From sequence record MN871440.1: a stretch of 64,000 bases of DNA. One strand, written 5' to 3'. Positions 17,434-27,424 of the stretch are shown in pieces; position 1 is the stretch's first letter, and each line of letters opens with the position of its first letter. The notes below the pieces were generated by a model. It was not told the origin of the DNA and did not search any database. It worked only from the letters and a program-made list of their open reading frames with translations. The position numbers and the translations under genes are program-made.

Positions 17434-19751
17434 TGGACGTAGTATTCCATTGGGTCAAGTATCAAAACATTATGTCGGTGGGCGCGAAGCCCATCACAGT
17501 TGTTCTTGACCAACACAAAAAGACTTTGGTAACTGGTACTAACGGTGCTGGTAAATCGACTTTCATCGAAGCATTGACTTTTCTACTTTATGGGAAAGCG
17601 TTTCGAGACATCACAAAGGCACAACTCGTAAACTCACAGAACAAGAAAGGTCTGTTTGTTGAAGGTGAATTGAGCGTTGGTAAAGATCGCTATCACATCG
17701 AGCGCGGTATCAAGCCTAACGTTCTGAAAATTCAGAAAAATGGTGTGCCTTTAAAAGAGGTTGCGAGCGCGACCGAGTATCAAGCGTATTTCGAGAATGA
17801 GCTGTTAGGCATCAACTATGATAGCTTCAAACAGATCATCGTTCTTGGTACTGCTGGTTATAAGCCGTTCATGGAGCTGCCTGCCGGTAAGCGTCGCGAA
17901 CTCGTTGAAGATCTGCTTGATGTCTCTGTTATCGGGGAAATGGACAAGCAGAACAAAGGTCTAATCAAGGAGCTGAAATCTCAACAAGATCTCTTGAAAG
18001 TCAAGTTGGAATCTGCTACTAATGAAGTAGAGTCTGCCGAAGGTGCGATTGCTGCACAACAAAAGCAAACCAACATGATGATCGTTATGTTGACTACCAA
18101 TTTCCGCGAGATTATCGATCAAGCGAAAGATTACAAGGAACGTGCTGCGAAAAGCAAAACCGATCTTGACAATCTGATCGAGCCGGTTTACATTGAACAG
18201 GATGATTCTACAGAAATCGCAGAACGTCGCGGTAATCTGGAGTCTCAGATTGAAGATCTGAGAGTAAAATTCGATGACGACATCGCTGAGTTGAAGTGTC
18301 AGTTAGGTGAACATCATCTGATGGAGCCATATGAATGTGCGCTCGATCATGATGTTATGATGCTGGAAGACAGCAAGCCTACCGAAGAACAGCTTGTGGC
18401 TAAGACTGCGCTCGTTCCTATTCCGGATGAACCAGTTTATGCCGAAGTCGTTGAGCCTGTAAAGGTTGATGTCCGCGAAGATATTCAGTTTGTCACTAAA
18501 CTGTCAACTGCAATGCAGATCGACAAGAGCAAGATCATGGCTCGCCGTGAGTTCTTCGAGAAAGGTGGCGCGTGTCCGACTTGTGGCACCGATTGCTCAA
18601 CTCATTCTCATGAAAGAATTGGTGAACTTGATGTTGAAATCGCCGCGATTGATGCTAAAATTGCAGAACAGGAAGCTATTCTTGCTGAACTGAATGCGCA
18701 AGAGCTGGCTTACAATGAAGCAGTAAAACAATATCGATCTGATCTTGACAGCAACACACAGATTCGTATAGCATATGAGAGACAGACCGCTGCCTATGCG
18801 CAAGCTTGTCGAACTCTGAGCGAAGAACACAACGAAGAAATTCGTCGTATTGATCGCGAAATCGAATCCATGAAGCTGAATCATGTTCAACAGGTCAATA
18901 ACTATCACAACAAGCTGAATCGTATTAACAACGAGATCCGCGACTGTGAGAATTATTACAAGGAACATCGTTCTGAACTGGAACAGCTTATCGATAAGCT
19001 GGACGACGAGGCAGAGCGCAAACGTTCGGAGCGTGAGACTGCACACAACTTGAATCTGGCTCGCTATAACGCTGCGGTAGACGCTTTAAACGCTGCTATC
19101 ATTAGCAATACTGAGTCTTATGACAAGTCGGCAGAGAATGCAAAAAATCTGAAAAATCAGATTGACGAACTAAAAGCGAAAGAGTATGATTGCTCTCAAG
19201 TTGAAGACGCAACGAAACGACTGAATGACTACAAGAAAGAGATCGCTACAATCGTTCTCGAACTGCATCATCGTTCTATCGTTGGTGAAATGCTGAAAGA
19301 CAATGGCGTGAAAGCGCATATCGTCAAACGGTATATCCCTGTCTTTAACAAGAAGATCAACGAATATCTCAAATCGCTTGGTGCTGACTATGTGTTTGCA
19401 CTGGACGAGAGTTTTAACGAGTCGATTCGTTCAAGAGGTCGAGAGGATTTCTGTTACGCTTCCTTCTCAGAAGGTGAGAAAGCACGAATTAATCTCAGTT
19501 TGTTGTTTACATGGCGTGACGTTAGCAGTATGATTAGTGGTGTTAATATCAACTTGCTATGTATGGACGAAGTGTTTGACGGTAGTTGTGATGACGTAGG
19601 CATTGCCGGTATCAACCGAATGCTTGACAAGATGAAATCAAATATTCTTGTGATCTCACACCGCAAAGACGCCGGAGACGACAGCTTTAACCGCCACATT
19701 CGTATGCATAAGCAAGGTCGCTTTACTACGATGGTGGAGAATGTTCGATAA
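17433..19751 (+). CDS. 46: Recombination ATPase gp46 (Rad50-like), long coiled coil
   Basis: GTNGAGKST, zinc hook CPTCG, FSEGEKARI, MDEVFD. Confidence 0.95.
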   Translation: MDVVFHWVKYQNIMSVGAKPITVVLDQHKKTLVTGTNGAGKSTFIEALTFLLYGKAFRDITKAQLVNSQNKKGLFVEGELSVGKDRYHIERGIKPNVLKIQKNGVPLKEVASATEYQAYFENELLGINYDSFKQIIVLGTAGYKPFMELPAGKRRELVEDLLDVSVIGEMDKQNKGLIKELKSQQDLLKVKLESATNEVESAEGAIAAQQKQTNMMIVMLTTNFREIIDQAKDYKERAAKSKTDLDNLIEPVYIEQDDSTEIAERRGNLESQIEDLRVKFDDDIAELKCQLGEHHLMEPYECALDHDVMMLEDSKPTEEQLVAKTALVPIPDEPVYAEVVEPVKVDVREDIQFVTKLSTAMQIDKSKIMARREFFEKGGACPTCGTDCSTHSHERIGELDVEIAAIDAKIAEQEAILAELNAQELAYNEAVKQYRSDLDSNTQIRIAYERQTAAYAQACRTLSEEHNEEIRRIDREIESMKLNHVQQVNNYHNKLNRINNEIRDCENYYKEHRSELEQLIDKLDDEAERKRSERETAHNLNLARYNAAVDALNAAIISNTESYDKSAENAKNLKNQIDELKAKEYDCSQVEDATKRLNDYKKEIATIVLELHHRSIVGEMLKDNGVKAHIVKRYIPVFNKKINEYLKSLGADYVFALDESFNESIRSRGREDFCYASFSEGEKARINLSLLFTWRDVSSMISGVNINLLCMDEVFDGSCDDVGIAGINRMLDKMKSNILVISHRKDAGDDSFNRHIRMHKQGRFTTMVENVR

Positions 19752-19917
19752 TATAGATGGAGTGTACCCAGATGTGGAATTCTGGGTACTATCAAACAAG
19801 GGATTTAACCAAGAAATCAAGTTGACTTATAATCAGTTACTTGCTAGATTTGGCGAAGAGCATTTAGCAAGGGTTATCAACAACTTTGACCCACATTGGA
19901 TAGCATGGAAGCTATAA
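19741..19917 (+). CDS. Hypothetical protein (58 aa, MFDNIDGVYPDVEFW...)
   Basis: Read by hand: GGAG RBS, ATG 19741, TAA overlaps next ATG. Confidence 0.65.
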   Translation: MFDNIDGVYPDVEFWVLSNKGFNQEIKLTYNQLLARFGEEHLARVINNFDPHWIAWKL

Positions 19918-20084
19918 TGAACCGTATAATTCTGACATTGATGTTTCCAATCATTTGTCTGATAGTGCTTTACTTGTGGCTTAAATCGTGTATAATGCAC
20001 GACAACAGCGAGAAAGTTCGAAAACATCTTTCTCGCTCATTGAAACGTTATATTACTTACTTGACTGGAGTTCGAAATGATTGA
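19917..20084 (+). CDS. Small predicted membrane protein (55 aa)
   Basis: TAATG coupling; hydrophobic IILTLMFPIICLIVLYLWL. Confidence 0.55.
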   Translation: MNRIILTLMFPIICLIVLYLWLKSCIMHDNSEKVRKHLSRSLKRYITYLTGVRND

Positions 20085-20373
20085 TTTTATCCCTGGTGAT
20101 TCTCTGAAAACTACTAGCGCCGCATACTACTGGCAGAATCTTGCTCGTAAAAACTGGGTTTGTCTGGTCAGTCAAGAAGATTACGACCGTTTGCAGTGTC
20201 TGGAACGTGATGTTCGTTTCGACGTCTACAAAGAGTTTGACGACGACGTAATGGAAACCGCGCTTCGTCTGTCTAAAGAATTCCGCGCTGCAAATCTGAA
20301 CTGCAAGCGCAATCTGGAAGAATTTGTTACCGAAGCCGCTCTGCTTGTTTACTCTGAGTGGAAAGCAGCTTAA
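20077..20373 (+). CDS. rpbA: Probable RNA polymerase-binding protein RpbA
   Basis: Position immediately before gene 45; RKNWVCLVS resembles T4 RRAWVLSLS; weak similarity. Confidence 0.5.
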   Translation: MIDFIPGDSLKTTSAAYYWQNLARKNWVCLVSQEDYDRLQCLERDVRFDVYKEFDDDVMETALRLSKEFRAANLNCKRNLEEFVTEAALLVYSEWKAA

Positions 20374-20417
20374 ACTAAACACCTAACCGAATATTGAACT
20401 GAAACTGAGGAAATGAA

Positions 20418-21095
20418 ATGCAACTGAGCAAAGAAACTGTAGAAATCCTGTCTAACTTCGCCAAAATCAATCCGTCTGTGGTGCTGAAACCGGGTACTTT
20501 TATCAACACCAAGAGCGTCAACAACGTTCTGTATGCATCCGCTACTATCAAAGATCAAATTGATAGCGAACTGCGAATCTACAGTCTGGGTGAATTGATT
20601 GGTGTAGCCAACATGATTGGTCTGCCTGCTCAAGTGACTGAGGATGGTGAATACATCACTATCAAGAATGCAGCCGGTGGCAAGTCTATGGCTAAGATCA
20701 AGATGGCAGAAGCTGGTACCATCATTCATCCGAAGAAAGCTATCAGCATCCCAACCGCGTCCGTTGTGTTTGAGCTGACCGAAGAACAACTGAAACAGAT
20801 CATGAAATCTGCTTCTACCATGTCACTGGTTGATCTGCACTTTGTAAATGATGGTCGCAAGATTCTGGCTCGACTGACTGGCGGCGACGCTAACAGCAAT
20901 ACCTTTGAAATTCCGGTTGCTGACGATTACGAAGGTAACGACGCTAACTTTGATTTCATCGTTGCACTTGGTAACATGAAAATGACCGATGCGAAATACA
21001 AAGTAATGATTGCTAAAGAAGGTGCAATCTGCTTTGAAGGTGCTAACGCAAGTTACATTATCTCGCTGGATGCCAAGTCCAAATATACCGCTTAA
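20418..21095 (+). CDS. 45: Sliding clamp gp45
   Basis: MQLSKETVEILSNFAKINPS..LKPG..., synteny with 44/62. Confidence 0.95.
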   Translation: MQLSKETVEILSNFAKINPSVVLKPGTFINTKSVNNVLYASATIKDQIDSELRIYSLGELIGVANMIGLPAQVTEDGEYITIKNAAGGKSMAKIKMAEAGTIIHPKKAISIPTASVVFELTEEQLKQIMKSASTMSLVDLHFVNDGRKILARLTGGDANSNTFEIPVADDYEGNDANFDFIVALGNMKMTDAKYKVMIAKEGAICFEGANASYIISLDAKSKYTA

Positions 21096-21185
21096 TGAGT
21101 TCGGGGAGGGTTGACCTCCCCACTTAAAATAGTTTATAATGCTAGTTATTCTAAACTGTTTTACCCCGCAATGAGAGAAATATAA

Positions 21186-22157
21186 ATGACTGTGACTGTT
21201 ACTGATCCAAATGAGTTTATGTGGGAACAAAAGTTCCGACCAAATCTGATTTCTGAGTGTGTTCTTCCTGAATCTGATATCGAGCGTTTTAAAGGTATTG
21301 TTGCTTCTGGTCGAATTCCACACATTCTGCTTTACTCTAAGAGCCCCGGCACTGGTAAGACCACAATGGCTCGCGTTCTGTGTAACGAGATTGACGCCGA
21401 AGTGATGTTTATCTCTGGTGGTAAACTGCGTATCGATGACTTGCGTAATAGCTTGACCGCATTTGCGTGTACTACTACACAAAAGCCCGGTGGCAAAGTT
21501 ATCATCATCGATGAAGGTGATAACAAGGGTATGAAAGCAGTTCACGAAGAACTTCGTTCTTGGATGGAAGCATACAGTTTCAACTGTTCTGTGATCATGA
21601 CTTGTAATCATGTCGAAGCAATCCCGGCGCCGCTCAAGTCTCGTTTCCGTCAGATCGAATTTGGTAATCCGACTGATGCAGACAAGATCCGAATGATGAA
21701 AGAAATGATTCTTCGGTGCGAAAAGATTTGCGAAATCGAAGGTGTTGTAGTAGAATCTCGTAAGGCTATCGCTGCACTGGTTAAGATGAATTTCCCAGAT
21801 CTGCGCGGTACCATTACAACTCTCGATAGCTATGCCAAGTCTGGCAAGATCGATGAAGGTGTTTTGACCAAAGCGACTCAGGCAACTGAGGATATGAACG
21901 AAGTAATCGAAATGCTTCGAACTAAGAAACTCGGCGCGATTCGTGCTATGATTCCGAAGTTTACTGTCGATTATGATAACTTCGTTACCAAGCTTTATGA
22001 GCGTTTGTTTACTGAAATCAAACCGGCTGGATTGCGTGTTATGATCAAGCTGATTGCGGAAAACCAGAAGTACGCAAACGACATTCCGAACATGGAGATT
22101 CACCTGTTTGATCTGCTGGCAGATCTCGCGTTTGAACTCGAAACCACATGGAAATAA
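21186..22157 (+). CDS. 44: Clamp loader large subunit gp44
   Basis: WEQKFRP, SPGTGKTT, IIIDE, LKSRF. Confidence 0.97.
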   Translation: MTVTVTDPNEFMWEQKFRPNLISECVLPESDIERFKGIVASGRIPHILLYSKSPGTGKTTMARVLCNEIDAEVMFISGGKLRIDDLRNSLTAFACTTTQKPGGKVIIIDEGDNKGMKAVHEELRSWMEAYSFNCSVIMTCNHVEAIPAPLKSRFRQIEFGNPTDADKIRMMKEMILRCEKICEIEGVVVESRKAIAALVKMNFPDLRGTITTLDSYAKSGKIDEGVLTKATQATEDMNEVIEMLRTKKLGAIRAMIPKFTVDYDNFVTKLYERLFTEIKPAGLRVMIKLIAENQKYANDIPNMEIHLFDLLADLAFELETTWK

Positions 22158-22160
22158 ATT

Positions 22161-22739
22161 ATGTCTCTAGATTTTCTTGGTGAAGAAAGCTTAAACGAGC
22201 ACGAAGTTGCATGGCGTTCCAGAGATTGGGACGCTGTAAAAGAACTGGCTAAACAGTTCAAAGTTCCAGCTGAACAAAGTCTGTTTGTGGTACTGGACAA
22301 CGTTACCAAGAAACTAGGTCATGGGTCTGTTGCGCGATTTGCCGATTATGACCAACATATGTTGAATAATGCTTTGTCCCAGCATGTTGAAATGAGAGGT
22401 TATGCTTTCGAACTCAACACGATGGAAGGTCACATTTCTGATCAAATGCATTATGATTACATGTATTTTACCATTCGTCAGTGTAGTCTGCCTAAAGTCA
22501 AGTTTGCTAAACTCACTGACGACTGGGAAGAACGAGTGTTCGAATACCTAGTTTCTGACTTTTACGAAGTCTCGACACAACGAGCCAGAGAATATATCAA
22601 TCGCTTCTCTGATGAACAAAAAGCCAAGCTGAGAAAAATGTTTTCTCCGATGGTAAATGATGTCAACGCACCGTGCTTGACAATGATCCCAACTAAAACC
22701 GAACGTGATAAAATTCAACGCGCTATCCGTTCTTGGTAA
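22161..22739 (+). CDS. 62: Clamp loader small subunit gp62
   Basis: N-terminal SLDF, NALSQH, ISDQMHYDY; synteny. Confidence 0.9.
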   Translation: MSLDFLGEESLNEHEVAWRSRDWDAVKELAKQFKVPAEQSLFVVLDNVTKKLGHGSVARFADYDQHMLNNALSQHVEMRGYAFELNTMEGHISDQMHYDYMYFTIRQCSLPKVKFAKLTDDWEERVFEYLVSDFYEVSTQRAREYINRFSDEQKAKLRKMFSPMVNDVNAPCLTMIPTKTERDKIQRAIRSW

Positions 22740-22748
22740 AAGGAAATA

Positions 22749-23117
22749 ATGAAAATGATGCTGCAAATCCAATTGAAAACTGATGAAGACTTCCTGAAAA
22801 TTCGTGAGACTCTGACCCGTATCGGTATCGCGAACAACGTAGAAAAGCGCCTGTATCAAAGCTGCCACATTCTGCAAAAGCAAGGCAAATACTACATCGT
22901 TCACTTTAAAGAACTGCTCCAGCTCGATGGTCGTGTGGTAGAAATCAGTCAAGAAGACATTGATCGTCGTTCTGATATCGCTGTACTGCTGCAAGAATGG
23001 GGAATGTGTGAAATCGTTAGCGAACATACCGCACCCGGCAACAACTTCTTCCGCGTGATCTCTCACAAAGAGAAAGCAAACTGGACTCTGGTACACAAAT
23101 ACAAGTTCGGCTCTTAA
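22749..23117 (+). CDS. regA: Translational repressor RegA
   Basis: DFLKIRETLTRIGIAN..LYQSCHILQKQGKYYIVHFKEL. Confidence 0.97.
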   Translation: MKMMLQIQLKTDEDFLKIRETLTRIGIANNVEKRLYQSCHILQKQGKYYIVHFKELLQLDGRVVEISQEDIDRRSDIAVLLQEWGMCEIVSEHTAPGNNFFRVISHKEKANWTLVHKYKFGS

Positions 23118-23127
23118 TAAAACGTTC

Positions 23128-23163
23128 TGCGCTCTTGACTAACATCGAGAGCGCATCTATAAT
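23128..23163 (+). promoter_or_regulatory. Promoter for gene 43 overlapping a hairpin
   Basis: TTGACT 23135-23140 N17 TATAAT 23158-23163; tgcgctcttga/tcgagagcgca stem. Confidence 0.7.
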
Positions 23164-23245
23164 AGACTTTCAACTTGTGAGAGGTATATTATGGATGTTT
23201 CACCCAAGATGCGACCCCCGAAAGGCGCACTGAAAGAGGTAATGA

Positions 23246-26008
23246 ATGTTTTACACGAATATTTGTATTCAAGGCAATCAGGTTTTAGAACGATTTATCG
23301 ATGACTCTGGACTTTCTCGAACTCGCAAAGTCCCGTTTAAACCGATTATGTATAAGCACTCCGCAAACGGAGATCTAAAAGATATCTATGGTCGTGCTGC
23401 TGTTGCTGTTCAACATGATAGCATTGGCGATGCAAGACGTTGGATGAAAGAAATGCGCGATATAAATCGCGAACCGCTTGGTATGGATGACTTTATTCTT
23501 CAATATCTGTATCACACGTATAGCGGTCCGATTTCATTCAACTATGAGCAACTGGATATCGCGTTTGTCGATATTGAGGTCCCGACTGATGGACCTTTCC
23601 CAGAACCTCATATTTGCGATTGGGAAATTGATGGTATCTGTCATTATAGTACCAAGCGCAAGAAATTCTTTTTGTTCACCACAAGACCGTGGGACATCGC
23701 CAAATCGATTCTCGATAAAGACGATAGTGGTAAGAGCGTTGACACACTCGAACACGTAGAATATACGTTCTGTGCGTCTGAGCGAGAGCTTTTAATCAAG
23801 TATCTGAAATTCTTCCGCGATAATACACCAGATGTATTCTCCGGGTGGAACTCCGAAATGTTCGACTTGCGCTATATTGTAAATCGATATCGCAAGGTTC
23901 TCGGTGAAGTCTATGCAAACAAGCTTAGTCCTTGGGAGCAAATTGTTGAGCGCATAGCTCACAATGACGATGACGAAGATGCCGAAGAAATCATCACCTA
24001 TGAACTTATGGGCATTGCTTGTATCGATTACATGGCAGCTTATAAGAAGTTCACTTTCAAGACTCGTCCAACATATCGTTTGGATTACATCGGTCAAGTT
24101 GAACTGGGTATGAGAAAGTTGGAAATGACCGAGAAGACATACCTCGCATTTAGTCAGAAAAATCCACAGCGATATATTGACTATTTGATTCGAGACGTTG
24201 ACTTGTTGGTTAAACTAGACGCTCGTTTGTCGTTGATGGCACTGATTACCAGTGTAGCGTATTACGCAAAAGTCAACTATCAAAACGTGTTTAGTCCACT
24301 GAAAACTTGGGACGCGATTATTCACAATAGTCTGATCGTACAAGGCATCGTTGTTCCAGAAAACAAGCGTTCGACCAAAGAGAAATTCGCTGGTGCATTT
24401 GTTAAAGAACCGTTCCCCGGTTTCTATAAATGGATTATGAGTTTCGACTTGACATCACTGTATCCACACATCATCAAATGGCTGAACATTAGTCCAGAGA
24501 CGATTATGGGACAGGTTGATGTTCCGCGAACTTTCGTGAAAGATCGCATGGTACCAGATGTATTTGGCACCGGTATGATTGCAAAGACATATGAGATCCC
24601 GAAAGACGATATGACTTTTGCAGCAAATGGGATGCGTTATACTCGCGCTAAACGTGGTATTATCCCGACCGAGATCGATAAAGTGTTCTTGCAGCGTAAA
24701 GCAGCAAAGAATGCCGAATTCACAGCGGATAAGATCGCAACAATCGCATACGATATTATTGTCGGTCGTCAAGACGGTAAGCTGGACGAAAATAATTTCA
24801 GCACCGAGCGATTTGATATTCATTCGATTAATCTTTCTATGAAAGGTCAAGAGTTTGAAGATTTTAAATCTGTTCTGCATTCTCTACCGAGTGCCACACT
24901 TAGCGAAGTTGTTGCTTGGTGTCGCTTTATGGAGAAGCTTGAAAACGTAAACCAACAAGCACGTAAGGTATTGATCAACTCACTTTATGGCGCATTGGGT
25001 AATCAGCATTTCCGTTACTTTGACACAAGAAACGCTGAGGCAATCACTGTATCCGGTCAACTCGCTATTCGTTGGATTATGCGTAAGATGAACGAATATA
25101 TGAATGCTGTGTGTAATACCAATCAGATTGATTATGTTGTTTACGGCGATACTGACTCCATTTATATGACGTTCGAAACTTTCGTAAGTCAAATGGCAGC
25201 TCGAAAAGGTATTGAAGTTGATAGCATCGAGAAAATTCGATGGGTTGATTTCTTGTCGAAATTCGCTAAAGAGAAATGCGAGCCGTATATCGATCAAAGC
25301 TATCGTGAGTTGGCAGAATATACCAACGCATATGATCACCAGTTGTTCATGGACCGAGAGATCATCGCTGATACTTTCTTTATCACAGGTAAAAAGCGTT
25401 ATGCTGCTAACGTGTGGGACTCAGAAGGTAAACGCAAGCTAGACGAACACGGTAAAGTTGTTCCCAAGCTCAAGATCATGGGTATCGAAACTCAACGTTC
25501 AAGCACACCGGTATTCGCTGGTAAATCGCTTGAGAAGAGTATCAAGCTAATCCTGACTAAGGGTGAAGCTGCTCTACAGGAGCACGTTGCAGAAGTTAAG
25601 GCAGCGTATCCTACGAAAGATTATCGAGAGATTGCATCCGTATCGAGCGCGAACAATATTGATAAGAACCACAACAACTGGGTTCCTGTCAAAGGTTGTC
25701 CGGGTCACATCAAAGGCGCATTGGCTTATAACAAGTTTGCCGAACAAAAGCGCGTTGATATGATTCGAAGTGGTGAAAAGATTCAGATTATCATGCTGAA
25801 AGAACCGAACCAGTTACATTCTCCCGTCTTGGCGTTCCCGAGTGGTGAGAAGATCCCAGATGAATTCGAACTCGATTTGAACAAGTATCTGGACTATACT
25901 GGGATGTATGGAAAGCATTTTCTGAGACCACTGGAAAATATCTGCGAAGCTATTGGCTGGGATACTGAGAAGAAAACAAGTCTTACCGATCTTTTTGGCG
26001 ATTGGTAA
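23246..26008 (+). CDS. 43: Family B DNA polymerase gp43 (single chain)
   Basis: DIEV exonuclease, SFDLTSLYP, KVLINSLYG, YGDTDS, KKRY, C-terminal clamp tail SLTDLFGDW. Confidence 0.98.
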   Translation: MFYTNICIQGNQVLERFIDDSGLSRTRKVPFKPIMYKHSANGDLKDIYGRAAVAVQHDSIGDARRWMKEMRDINREPLGMDDFILQYLYHTYSGPISFNYEQLDIAFVDIEVPTDGPFPEPHICDWEIDGICHYSTKRKKFFLFTTRPWDIAKSILDKDDSGKSVDTLEHVEYTFCASERELLIKYLKFFRDNTPDVFSGWNSEMFDLRYIVNRYRKVLGEVYANKLSPWEQIVERIAHNDDDEDAEEIITYELMGIACIDYMAAYKKFTFKTRPTYRLDYIGQVELGMRKLEMTEKTYLAFSQKNPQRYIDYLIRDVDLLVKLDARLSLMALITSVAYYAKVNYQNVFSPLKTWDAIIHNSLIVQGIVVPENKRSTKEKFAGAFVKEPFPGFYKWIMSFDLTSLYPHIIKWLNISPETIMGQVDVPRTFVKDRMVPDVFGTGMIAKTYEIPKDDMTFAANGMRYTRAKRGIIPTEIDKVFLQRKAAKNAEFTADKIATIAYDIIVGRQDGKLDENNFSTERFDIHSINLSMKGQEFEDFKSVLHSLPSATLSEVVAWCRFMEKLENVNQQARKVLINSLYGALGNQHFRYFDTRNAEAITVSGQLAIRWIMRKMNEYMNAVCNTNQIDYVVYGDTDSIYMTFETFVSQMAARKGIEVDSIEKIRWVDFLSKFAKEKCEPYIDQSYRELAEYTNAYDHQLFMDREIIADTFFITGKKRYAANVWDSEGKRKLDEHGKVVPKLKIMGIETQRSSTPVFAGKSLEKSIKLILTKGEAALQEHVAEVKAAYPTKDYREIASVSSANNIDKNHNNWVPVKGCPGHIKGALAYNKFAEQKRVDMIRSGEKIQIIMLKEPNQLHSPVLAFPSGEKIPDEFELDLNKYLDYTGMYGKHFLRPLENICEAIGWDTEKKTSLTDLFGDW

Positions 26009-26045
26009 GTTTATAATGATGTAGGGCTATGAGATAATAGCCCTA
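26009..26045 (+). promoter_or_regulatory. Early promoter for uvsX with -10 inside inverted repeat
   Basis: GTTTATA N17 GATAAT; tagggctat/atagcccta stem. Confidence 0.6.
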
Positions 26046-26113
26046 TGTTGATGACTACTTTATGGAGATTATGAAATAGAAACTAAAACTGATAATAGAG
26101 GCAAAACTGTAAA

Positions 26114-27349
26114 ATGGCTAAAGGTATTAAAACTGCAAGAGCTGGTAACTTAGGCACTCTTATGTCTAAGCTGGCGGGAACATCAACTAATAAAATGAGT
26201 GCTGTTCTATCCGAAAGTAAATTCTTCAACGATAAAGACAGTGTTCGCACTCGCGTACCGTTGCTTAACTTGGCAATGAGCGGTGAACTTGATGGTGGTC
26301 TTGCTCCCGGTCTGACTGTACTTGCTGGCCCGTCTAAGCACTTTAAATCAAATCTAGGTCTGGTGTTTATTGCCGCGTATATGCGCAAATATACAGATGC
26401 CGTTTGTCTGTTCTTTGACAACGAATTCGGCTCTACTCCGGGTTATTTCGAATCACAAGGTGTTGATGTTAGTCGTGTTATTCACTGCCCGTTCAAAAAC
26501 ATTGAAGAACTGAAATTCGACATCGTTAAAAAGCTTGAGGCAATTGAGCGCGGTGATCGCGTTATTGTGTTTATCGATTCCATTGGTAACGCTGCATCTA
26601 AGAAAGAAGTTGATGACGCTATCGACGAGAAATCCGTTAGTGATATGACGAGAGCGAAGCAACTAAAATCTTTGACTCGAATTATGACGCCTTATCTAAC
26701 AATGAATGATATACCGGCTATTGCTATTGCTCACGTCTACGACACACAAGAACTTTATTCCAAAAAAGTCGTTTCTGGTGGTACTGGTATCACTTACTCT
26801 GCCGACACCGTGATCATTATCGGTCGTCAACAAGAGAAAGACGGTAAAGAGTTGCTGGGTTATAACTTTGTTCTGAACATGGAGAAATCTCGTTTCGTCA
26901 AAGAACAAAGCAAACTGCCACTGGAAGTAACTTTCCAAGGTGGTATCAACACTTACTCCGGTATGCTTGACATCGCTCTTGACATCGGTTTCGTTGTTAA
27001 GCCGTCAAATGGTTGGTTTAGTCGTGCATTCCTTGACGAAGAAACTGGCGAGCTGGTCGAAGAAGATCGTAAGTGGCGTCGCGCTGACACCAACTGTCTT
27101 GAATTCTGGAAACCGATGTTCTCACATCAGCCGTTCAAAGACGCTTGTTCCGCACACTACAAGCTGAAATCCGTTTCAGTTAAGGACGAAGTGTTTGATG
27201 AAGTTGATGACCTGTTCTCCGGTACTGGTGAAATCCCAGTTGAACTTGGTCGCAAGCTTGACACCGCAACAGAAGATGAACTCGATCAACTGACAGAAAT
27301 CGACATCGAAGGATCTGATGCCGACGAACTGTTTGAGAATCTGGATTAA
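26114..27349 (+). CDS. uvsX: RecA-like recombinase UvsX
   Basis: LAGPSKHFKS, FDNEFG, IDSIGN, SGGTGITYSAD. Confidence 0.97.
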   Translation: MAKGIKTARAGNLGTLMSKLAGTSTNKMSAVLSESKFFNDKDSVRTRVPLLNLAMSGELDGGLAPGLTVLAGPSKHFKSNLGLVFIAAYMRKYTDAVCLFFDNEFGSTPGYFESQGVDVSRVIHCPFKNIEELKFDIVKKLEAIERGDRVIVFIDSIGNAASKKEVDDAIDEKSVSDMTRAKQLKSLTRIMTPYLTMNDIPAIAIAHVYDTQELYSKKVVSGGTGITYSADTVIIIGRQQEKDGKELLGYNFVLNMEKSRFVKEQSKLPLEVTFQGGINTYSGMLDIALDIGFVVKPSNGWFSRAFLDEETGELVEEDRKWRRADTNCLEFWKPMFSHQPFKDACSAHYKLKSVSVKDEVFDEVDDLFSGTGEIPVELGRKLDTATEDELDQLTEIDIEGSDADELFENLD

Positions 27350-27377
27350 AAAAAGGGGCGAAAGCCCCTTTACTTTT
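27350..27377 (+). terminator. Rho-independent terminator
   Basis: aaaaggggc-gaaa-gccccttt. Confidence 0.8.
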
Positions 27378-27424
27378 GTGTGAGACTATGATAATCTGTT
27401 TGTAGTCTAATCAAGGAGAGATTT

